IMG/VR virus record: IMGVR_UViG_3300029906_000008
Coordinates: 1-64,000 of that record
Direction: 5' to 3' (one strand)
DNA length: 64,000 bases
From: a virus
Lineage: Duplodnaviria; Caudoviricetes
Within the stretch, counting starts at the first letter, position 1. Each line of letters begins with the position of its first letter. Shown piece after piece: positions 38,247 through 44,940 of this stretch. Under the pieces are notes generated by a model that was not told the origin of the DNA, ran no database searches, and saw only the letters and a list, made by a program, of their open reading frames with translations. Position numbers and translations under genes: made by a program.

Positions 38247-39439
38247 TCCCTAAAGAAGCTGCTGCCTTTAAGCATCTCTGCGTTCTCTTCCTTTGACAAC
38301 TTAATATAACGCATGAAGTTCGCCTCGGTGCGATGCCCCGTTATCTTCATTATGGAGATGGCGGGGATTCCCGCTTTGTACATATTAGTAGCCGCTGTCC
38401 TCCTTGCCGTGTGGGATGTCACCAGTTCCCATTTCTCACGGTAGGTGACGGTGGTTGTCAATCCTTTCGTCTCCTTTACGGGTATTTTCTCGTTTATGCC
38501 CGCCTCCATGCAGATGCCCTTTATTATGTCGTTGAACTTCTGCTGCGATATGCCCGGCACTCCGTCGTACCTGCGCACAATCTCCGCCACTCTCGGATGG
38601 CACGGCAGCACCACGCTTTCCCCGGTCTTCTTCTGCACATAGCGGATATAGCCGTCCGATACGGCCTCCGGCTTCAAAATGGAATAGTCGGAAAAACGCA
38701 TGGCGGTGTAGCATCCTATAAGAAAAAGGTCTCTTACCTTTTCTTTCGTTCCGGTGAGATTCATCGATGCCAATTTCTCAACTTCTCCGTCAGTGAGGTA
38801 GATGTTGAACACCTCCTCAGTCTCCTTTCTTACCTTACGGAAATCAGTATTACCATGCAGTCCCTCGTCAAGGGCCTTGTTCATCGCCGTCTTGATGTTC
38901 TTAATGTGTCCGCCACGTGTATTCGGTTTGAGGTTCCTGACAGTAGCCATCCACTCAACGTAGCGGTTGAGCAGACTGACCGTTATCTCATCAAATGTAG
39001 GGTTTCTTCCCTCAAGAAATTCCCTGAACAGCCGGGCGGACTGGGCGGACTGGTTCGTAGCCTTGCGTCTCGTGGTGTCGGTTGTGGCCCATCTGTCGAA
39101 ATAGGGCAGGAACAGCTCCTTTCCTGACGATGCGGTATTCTTCACCTCTTTGCCCAAAAAGGCAAGAATCCTCTCTTTTGTCTTTTCGAGGGATACGTTG
39201 TCCAGCTCCGCCTCCCTGACGGCTGTCTCGGCGGCGTTCTTCCATCTGAGCAGGACTGCGTTCTCGGTCTTGTGGAACGGGGACTTGCGCGTCATTTGGA
39301 AATTATCCTTGTCCCATGCGTCAGTCTGCACGGTCAGTCCCGTGGATATTTTCAGCCTGCGCCCGTTGCCTCTGATGGCAAGGAACACGGGACTTGTCTG
39401 GCTGTTCGTGTCTTTGAGGATGAATGTATAGGTAATCAT
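38243..39439 (-). CDS. int: Phage integrase (Bacteroidota type: arm-binding, SAM-like and catalytic domains)
   Basis: 'CYTAMRFSD', 'TSHTARRTAATNMY', 'ITGHRTEANFMRYI'. Confidence 0.95.
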   Translation of the reverse strand: MITYTFILKDTNSQTSPVFLAIRGNGRRLKISTGLTVQTDAWDKDNFQMTRKSPFHKTENAVLLRWKNAAETAVREAELDNVSLEKTKERILAFLGKEVKNTASSGKELFLPYFDRWATTDTTRRKATNQSAQSARLFREFLEGRNPTFDEITVSLLNRYVEWMATVRNLKPNTRGGHIKNIKTAMNKALDEGLHGNTDFRKVRKETEEVFNIYLTDGEVEKLASMNLTGTKEKVRDLFLIGCYTAMRFSDYSILKPEAVSDGYIRYVQKKTGESVVLPCHPRVAEIVRRYDGVPGISQQKFNDIIKGICMEAGINEKIPVKETKGLTTTVTYREKWELVTSHTARRTAATNMYKAGIPAISIMKITGHRTEANFMRYIKLSKEENAEMLKGSSFFRD

Positions 39440-39513
39440 GTCTTTGAGTGTTTAAATTCATTGTACGTGTTCAAACCCTTTCGGTAACTGAACCTGGAAT
39501 CCCTTGTCTTTGC

Positions 39514-39754
39514 GTCCCCTTTGGAATGCAAATTTAGCAAGGGGACAGAAAAGGGGACAAAAAAAGTAAAAAATATTGGTTTAAAAGTAAAAATTGTAAA
39601 GAATACGCCAAATGTTAAAAGTTGTAAACCGCTGAAAAACAAAGAGAGCCGCGTCCTGGGCGGCTCTCGACTGATTTACTTGGTGATCTGCTTGGGAGCA
39701 CAGCCCATGTTGTAAATCAGTGAGCCGGATGGGGTAGGGGACGTGTAGGGGGAC
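39514..39754. other. Putative attP region
   Basis: Five GGGGAC arm-type boxes (39514 inverted, 39541, 39553, 39737, 39749) flanking a 9-bp hairpin (39644-39668) and a 10-bp inverted repeat (39670-39721). Confidence 0.6.
39529..39536 (-). promoter_or_regulatory. int promoter -7 element
   Basis: TAAATTTG on the minus strand. Confidence 0.5.
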
Positions 39755-39788
39755 GTGGTACTTTGGGTTCTGACCCCGAATGCTATTT

Positions 39789-40772
39789 TTAATCATTTTT
39801 GGATGTCTTATTTCTCAATAATATAGTATTAAACAATCCGTTTAAATCCGCAAGTACTTTGTCATTATTAATTTTCAGAAGCACGGATGGGGTTTTGAAG
39901 TCGTTAAGACTTATTATTACCGAATAATCGTGAATAATCTTATCATCCTCTATCTTTCGCTCTGTTGTCGTTCTTTTACCAGTAGTTCCTCCGATTACGG
40001 CACCCACACCTCCAGTAAGGACTCCGCCCACTGCCGCACGGGCGACAGTACTGCCCAATCCGGCTTTAGACTTGTATTCCTTTGCCCCCTCCTGCAAGTA
40101 AGAATTATTCATGACACTATAATCAAGTATATTAGCCATATCATACATATTTCCCGTGATATAAATTTTCCCAACGGCGCTGAATGATATAACCCTGCTT
40201 TCTATCTTCAAATCATCAGAGACTGATATAATTATATCAGTCTGCCCGTATTGAGATTCAAGTTCCTTTATTTTCTCATCTAACTCATTTTGCTTCAAAT
40301 CTTGTTCTCGTTTCTTTTCCTCCATCTTCTTTCTTTCATTTCTTGCTCCCAACAATCCTCCAATAATGACAAGGGAAAGCATTATTAACAGAAATATTGA
40401 AAAATCGCTCATATTGTTTTTATGTTTCTTTTTTATTTTAGCAGAATAATTAAAATTGTATTGTGTTTCACCATTGATGTATTCTAATTCATTTTTTGAT
40501 TTCAATACAAGAAATGCTGTGTCTGTTTCATTTATGGTTGGATATATTGGATGAGTATATATTATTTCTATGGTATCTTTACAAAGATTGGTGCATTTAT
40601 AATCCCTACTATTAAACCTTATTCCATCTTTTTTAATCACCCTTGCACCACTCGAAGTGTTAAAAACAAGGCGTATATCTCCATCGTCTGAAAGCCACTC
40701 GGTTCTTTCTAAATTCCTCTCGCAGGAACAGGTTATGGAGAAAGTTACAACAAACAGTAAAAGATACTTCAT
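39789..40772 (-). CDS. Lipoprotein/membrane protein of the immunity region
   Basis: Lipobox (ITCSC), internal TM helix; low GC; downstream of the repressor. Confidence 0.6.
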   Translation of the reverse strand: MKYLLLFVVTFSITCSCERNLERTEWLSDDGDIRLVFNTSSGARVIKKDGIRFNSRDYKCTNLCKDTIEIIYTHPIYPTINETDTAFLVLKSKNELEYINGETQYNFNYSAKIKKKHKNNMSDFSIFLLIMLSLVIIGGLLGARNERKKMEEKKREQDLKQNELDEKIKELESQYGQTDIIISVSDDLKIESRVISFSAVGKIYITGNMYDMANILDYSVMNNSYLQEGAKEYKSKAGLGSTVARAAVGGVLTGGVGAVIGGTTGKRTTTERKIEDDKIIHDYSVIISLNDFKTPSVLLKINNDKVLADLNGLFNTILLRNKTSKND

Positions 40773-40807
40773 GTTTTAATACAATTTCTCAACCTTAAAC
40801 AAATCAA

Positions 40808-41221
40808 CTACCCTGCAACGGCAGAGTCTGCACCCGAGACAGCCGTATCTTGGAAATGTCTTTCCCTTAAAAGGCGGTTCTCTGCCTCCAACTGACCGAT
40901 TCTCCGTGAAAGTTCCTTTATTTCGCTGTCTTTTTCTTTTAACTGCTCTCTTAAAAAAGATTCGATACTGCTCATATTCTCCACATTCTGGGCCGTATTC
41001 TGGCCGTTTACGCGCAGCATTTCCCCTTTATTATACAGAAGCCATTCTGTGTTTAATTCGGGAAATTCATTGATAATACTCTGTAATTTATCTGCACCTA
41101 TTCCCCTTACAATGTTATTCACAAAGCCATTTGAGGCCCCTATCCTTTTTTCAAATTTTGCCTGACTGAGTTCTTTGTATTTTATAAACTCAATAAGTCT
41201 TTGTTTAATAGTGGTTTCCAT
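40808..41221 (-). CDS. CI-like repressor (HTH, C-terminal coiled coil)
   Basis: 'IKQRLIEFIKYKELSQAKFEKRIGASNGFV...KLQSIINEFPELNTEWLL...GEM'; start ATG 41221. Confidence 0.85.
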   Translation of the reverse strand: METTIKQRLIEFIKYKELSQAKFEKRIGASNGFVNNIVRGIGADKLQSIINEFPELNTEWLLYNKGEMLRVNGQNTAQNVENMSSIESFLREQLKEKDSEIKELSRRIGQLEAENRLLRERHFQDTAVSGADSAVAG

Positions 41222-41260
41222 ATTTATGCTAAATTTTCTTTGAATTTTCTCTATAAAAAA

Positions 41261-41292
41261 TTTGCACAAATACAGAGAACTCTCTATATTTG
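41261..41292 (+). promoter_or_regulatory. Lytic promoter with AGAGA-AC-TCTCT palindrome (putative operator)
   Basis: TTTG, 20 nt spacer, TATATTTG, divergent from the repressor. Confidence 0.65.
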
Positions 41293-41338
41293 CACTGTCT
41301 TTCCAAAGAGAAAGACGCTGTAAATATACGAAAAATAT

Positions 41339-41515
41339 ATGAGTGCTAAAAGAATACTAATGCCACACGGCGGAATTAACGAGCTGGCGGAGAAAATGAA
41401 CGTCTCCCGGCCTACTGTCCGTGCGGCCCTAAAGGGACAGACCCACACCCTGCTGGCAATGAAAATCCGCAAGCTGGCACTCCAGCTCGGCGGGCTTAGA
41501 GAGGAGGGTGTGTGA
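41339..41515 (+). CDS. Cro-like HTH protein (below the ORF-track cutoff)
   Basis: Manual translation MSAKRILMPHGGINELAEKMNVSRPTVRAALKGQTHTLLAMKIRKLALQLGG (58 aa). Confidence 0.75.
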   Translation: MSAKRILMPHGGINELAEKMNVSRPTVRAALKGQTHTLLAMKIRKLALQLGGLREEGV

Positions 41516-41796
41516 TGGAGGAACTTGCCGCCTATCTGGAGAGAATCTGCACCAGCCTCGACATCCTTAATGCAAGGATGGAGCGACTGGAGAGCCGCGA
41601 CGAGGACGCGCAGGAAATCGTGCGCTCCTTACGTGAGAAACTGTTCACACAGGAGGAGGTGGCGAAGATTCTCGGCAAGTGCAGCGCGTCTGTATTGAAG
41701 ATGCGCAAGGCTGGGAAGCTCAAAGGCTATCTCGTGGGCGGCAGGTACAAATACCGCCTCAATGATGTTCTGAGAGCTAAGAATAAGGCAATATAG
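41515..41796 (+). CDS. Excisionase-like HTH protein
   Basis: 'LFTQEEVAKILG....VLKMRKAGKL.GY...GRYKYRLNDV'. Confidence 0.75.
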   Translation: MEELAAYLERICTSLDILNARMERLESRDEDAQEIVRSLREKLFTQEEVAKILGKCSASVLKMRKAGKLKGYLVGGRYKYRLNDVLRAKNKAI

Positions 41797-42016
41797 CGGC
41801 CCGCGCCCCCGCAAAACGGCGCAGACAAGTTGCTTGACATAATGGTGAGCCGGGCGCGGCTCAAGACAAATGCGGAGACCGGACTCCACGGGAGCCGCAC
41901 CTCTTATACGGAATACGCCTCTGACCGTAATGCGTTGCTACTTCGGGTGGGCGCGTGTGTATTGCGGTTGGTGCGAATATGGAGACTCATTACTGGATAA
42001 ATCCTTTATAATGTTA

Positions 42017-42092
42017 GGGGCACAACGATGCGCTGCGCTATATAGACATTACTATATAGGCAGCGGGAGGTGCGAGTCCTCCTGCCCCACAA
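42017..42092 (+). ncRNA. tRNA-like element
   Basis: GGGGCA/TGCCCC stem, long central hairpin, GGAGG-TGCGAGT-CCTCC T-arm, 3' ACAA. Confidence 0.45.
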
Positions 42093-42138
42093 AAAGATGC
42101 GTATGCATCTCCTTTTCTTTTTTTAATACGTTAACCAA

Positions 42139-42217
42139 CTCCCCGTAGGCCTCCAGTGGGTAGAGGCAGGATTAAAAGCGTAGGCGGTGCGGGGTTCGAT
42201 TCCCCGCCGGGGAGCAA
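42139..42217 (+). ncRNA. Degenerate tRNA or tRNA-like element
   Basis: 7-bp acceptor CTCCCCG/CGGGGAG, D-arm GCCTC-CAGTGGGTA-GAGGC, T-arm GCGGGG-TTCGATT-CCCCGC; no pairable anticodon stem. Confidence 0.55.
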
Positions 42218-42319
42218 TTCCGAGTGTTCGGATATTTGACAGAACTGTAAAGAATTGCTTTGTGGACGGACGGCTGTGAAGTCCTCCGTCTTTATTCTGA
42301 AAAACAAAACCACAATATT

Positions 42320-42549
42320 ATGAACAACAATCCCACACACAGACATCAGCCTCCCAATCCGCGCAGATAAAGGCCGCGCTGTTGGCGGGCGAGACACTGA
42401 CACCGCTCGATGCATTGAGGCGGTTCGGCTGCTTCCGCCTCGGCGCAAGAATATGGGAGCTGAGGCACAAGTGCGGCATGGATATCAAAGCCGTGCGGCA
42501 CACCACCGAGAGCGGCAAGACCGTGGCCGCGTATTCACTGAATATCTAA
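42320..42549 (+). pseudogene. Frameshifted winged-HTH gene
   Basis: The ATG frame stops at 42368; removing one CA from (CA)4 gives MNNNPTQTSASQSAQIKAALLAGETLTPLDALRRFGCFRLGARIWELRHKCG. Confidence 0.6.
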
Positions 42550-42574
42550 TATCTAACAATTAAATTACAAGACC

Positions 42575-42906
42575 ATGAAAGAAAAAGAAAAGAAATTCAA
42601 CGACAACACGCTTAACGAGTTCAGCAATGCCGTTGCGGAGTTCTTGAAAAGTATGACACCAAGAAAAGCAACGCGCACATCTTCTGCATTATAGCTGAGG
42701 AGGATGGGAAGGAAATGAATATAGTAAGTCACATCAAAGGTGTTCCGCTGCAAATCGTAGATGCCGTCAACAGCGCTATAAATAATGATGAAACCCTTAA
42801 GACGGCAAACTTTGTCAACGGCTTTCTGACTTTCGGAAAGATGAAATCCGACAATAAGGACGATGTTGTAAAGACACTTGATTTACTTAAAAGTCTGACG
42901 AAATGA
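42575..42906 (+). pseudogene. Probable frameshifted hypothetical gene
   Basis: Adding one A at GAAAAG (42646-42651) joins the upstream frame to ORF 42715-42906. Confidence 0.4.
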
Positions 42907-43064
42907 AAGCACTTGTCATAATCCACACGATTACAACCATTGTCTGCGCCGCACTTGCGTCCATAGCCCTTTGCGCTGCGCTGTTCTGCGGCAAGTGGCA
43001 CTGCCTGTTCACCTCTGCCATGCTGGGCGGGCTGACATGGGTAGGGATTCATTCAGTCAAGTAA
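42903..43064 (+). CDS. Small membrane protein
   Basis: Manual translation MKALVIIHTITTIVCAALASIALCAALFCGKWHCLFTSAMLGGLTWVGIHSVK. Confidence 0.5.
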   Translation: MKALVIIHTITTIVCAALASIALCAALFCGKWHCLFTSAMLGGLTWVGIHSVK

Positions 43065-43065
43065 G

Positions 43066-43281
43066 ATGTGGTCGGAGAACAGAGTGATTCCCTCTGACAG
43101 GGAGTTCGATGCGCACGTGTTCCGCTCCTGCATCTGCCCGGTCTGCGGAGGCTCGGGATGGCTTCCGGCAGGGCCGGACGGAGAGAGCATGGAGCATGGT
43201 GAGTGGGCGGCACTGCCCGTGGATGAGCGGTGCCGCATCACCTGCCCCGCCTGTGACGGAGGCGGGTACGTGCAGGAGTAA
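43066..43281 (+). CDS. Small DnaJ-type zinc-finger protein
   Basis: CPVCGGSG and CPACDGGG motifs. Confidence 0.6.
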   Translation: MWSENRVIPSDREFDAHVFRSCICPVCGGSGWLPAGPDGESMEHGEWAALPVDERCRITCPACDGGGYVQE

Positions 43282-43282
43282 A

Positions 43283-43370
43283 CGGGAGGAAAGGAAGTTC
43301 TTATATCTGCTGTTTTCATATTCATAATTTAGAGTGTTTCAGAGGGGTTCGATTCCCCTCCCTCCCGCAA
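43283..43370 (+). ncRNA. tRNA-like element
   Basis: CGGGAGG/CCTCCCG stem, GAGGGG-TTCGATT-CCCCTC T-arm, 3' CAA. Confidence 0.5.
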
Positions 43371-43390
43371 AATTCATATAAATATATCTT

Positions 43391-43663
43391 ATGTACAAAC
43401 TTTTCGACTTTAATGAGGATTCCGGTATCCTCAATGTAACCCTGCCGCGGGGCAGGACGATGGCCGAACTGACAAGGGAATGCTCGGCACAGATACACGA
43501 CTTAATCTTGCAGAAGAGAGTCTTCGGCAAGGATGTGAGCATAAACGGGCGCATCACCACGAGCATAGCTCTCGTGCTGGGGCACGAGCTGAGCCATGTG
43601 TGCCGCTCGGTGAGAATCTTCAATCCAAAGGAAGACGAGTATGTCGAATGTATAAAGCACTGA
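43391..43663 (+). CDS. Csx3/Crn3-like protein
   Basis: 'GKDVSINGR.....LVLGHELSHV.RSV.IFNP' matches the Csx3 pattern G.V.I.GR...LAH..AH....V.VYDP as recalled. Confidence 0.6.
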   Translation: MYKLFDFNEDSGILNVTLPRGRTMAELTRECSAQIHDLILQKRVFGKDVSINGRITTSIALVLGHELSHVCRSVRIFNPKEDEYVECIKH

Positions 43664-43665
43664 GT

Positions 43666-44094
43666 ATGGCACTGAATAAAGTAATGCTTATCGGGAATAT
43701 CGGCAGGGACCCGGATACGAGATTTATAGAAAGCAGCGGCGCCTTAACCGCGAGTTTCACCCTTGCCACGACAGAGAGGTTTAAGGACAGAATCACGGGA
43801 GAGACCAAGGAGGTGACTGAGTGGCACAATATAGTATGTTGGAGGAATCTGGCAGAGATAGCTGAAAAATATATCACAAAAGGCTCCCAGCTTTTCGTCG
43901 AGGGCCGCATCCGCACCCGTTCCTACAAGGACAAAAACGGAGATACAAGATATGTTACCGAAATTATGGCCGACAACATACAGCTTCTCGGACGCAGGGA
44001 TGCAGGACAGCAGGAACATGGTAAGCGCGGATACACTGCTCCCCGAACCGAAGCGGGCAATCGTAGCGGCAGCAGCGATGATATAATGTTTTAA
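43666..44094 (+). CDS. ssb: Single-stranded DNA-binding protein
   Basis: 'LNKVMLIGNIGRDP', 'TEWHNIVCW', 'VEGRIRTRSY', acidic tail; start ATG 43666. Confidence 0.95.
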   Translation: MALNKVMLIGNIGRDPDTRFIESSGALTASFTLATTERFKDRITGETKEVTEWHNIVCWRNLAEIAEKYITKGSQLFVEGRIRTRSYKDKNGDTRYVTEIMADNIQLLGRRDAGQQEHGKRGYTAPRTEAGNRSGSSDDIMF

Positions 44095-44107
44095 ATCAGT
44101 ATAAATC

Positions 44108-44938
44108 ATGGAAAATTCACAAGTACAGACCGTAGAGGTCATGCAGACAGAACAGCTGCAATCAATGGACAGGGCCGAGATAGACATGCAGATAGCCACG
44201 GCAAAAAAATTCCCGAGAGATATTCAGCAGTGCCTTGATAATATCCGTGCGCTGTCTATGATTGACGAGGATACAATGGAGAGCTGCTTCTACCACCTTG
44301 AGAGGAAAGACAAGGACGGACAGATTAAGGAGATAGAAGGGATGTCAGTCCGTATGGCCGAGATATTAGTCTCATGCTGGGGTAATCTCCGCGTGGCTAC
44401 AAGAATAATCGGCAATGACGGACGCAAGATTACCGCACAGGGTATATGCTTTGATGTACAGAACAATGTCGCTGTGTCCTGTGAGACAAGCCGCAGGATA
44501 ACGAACAAGAACGGAAAGACATATTCGGATGACATGCAGATTGTGACCGGGAACGCCGCATCCGCCATCGCATTCCGTAATGCTGTCTTCAAGGTAATAC
44601 CAGCAGCTGTCACAAAGGCTGTCACAAATGAAATCAGACAAAGACTGTTAGAGATGACATCGACCAAGATAAGCCAGAAGCGCAGGAATGCTGTCGAATG
44701 GTTTACAAAGAGGGGGGTCACCGAGTCTGAACTAAAAAAATACCTCGGAACAGACAATCTGGAGACTATCAGTGCCGAGGAGATAGTTAATCTTAGAGGT
44801 GTGGCTACAGCCATACGGGAAGGCTCGTCTTCAATCGATGAGATATTCCGAAACAACAGTGACGACAGGACGGTATCCGACCGCAAGGAAGAAATAAGGG
44901 CCAAGGGCACGGCTCCTGAAGTTGAGGACATGCCGTAG
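44108..44938 (+). CDS. Putative ssDNA-annealing recombination protein
   Basis: Between ssb and a nuclease; 'IATAKKFPRD...CFY...IEGMSVRMAE..WGN' phage family pattern. Confidence 0.5.
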   Translation: MENSQVQTVEVMQTEQLQSMDRAEIDMQIATAKKFPRDIQQCLDNIRALSMIDEDTMESCFYHLERKDKDGQIKEIEGMSVRMAEILVSCWGNLRVATRIIGNDGRKITAQGICFDVQNNVAVSCETSRRITNKNGKTYSDDMQIVTGNAASAIAFRNAVFKVIPAAVTKAVTNEIRQRLLEMTSTKISQKRRNAVEWFTKRGVTESELKKYLGTDNLETISAEEIVNLRGVATAIREGSSSIDEIFRNNSDDRTVSDRKEEIRAKGTAPEVEDMP

Positions 44939-44940
44939 CC

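Noticed and set aside
39644-39668. Hairpin as a tRNA 3' fragment in attP
   Set aside because: The loop and flanks do not match a T-arm/acceptor consensus on either strand
42139-42217. Functional tRNA gene (for example Leu-TAA)
   Set aside because: No pairable anticodon stem and a 6-bp T stem; kept only as tRNA-like
41629-42518. ORF-track ORFs 41629-41889, 41870-42148, 42131-42448 and 42318-42518
   Set aside because: They overlap structured non-coding elements or real genes and have no protein-like features
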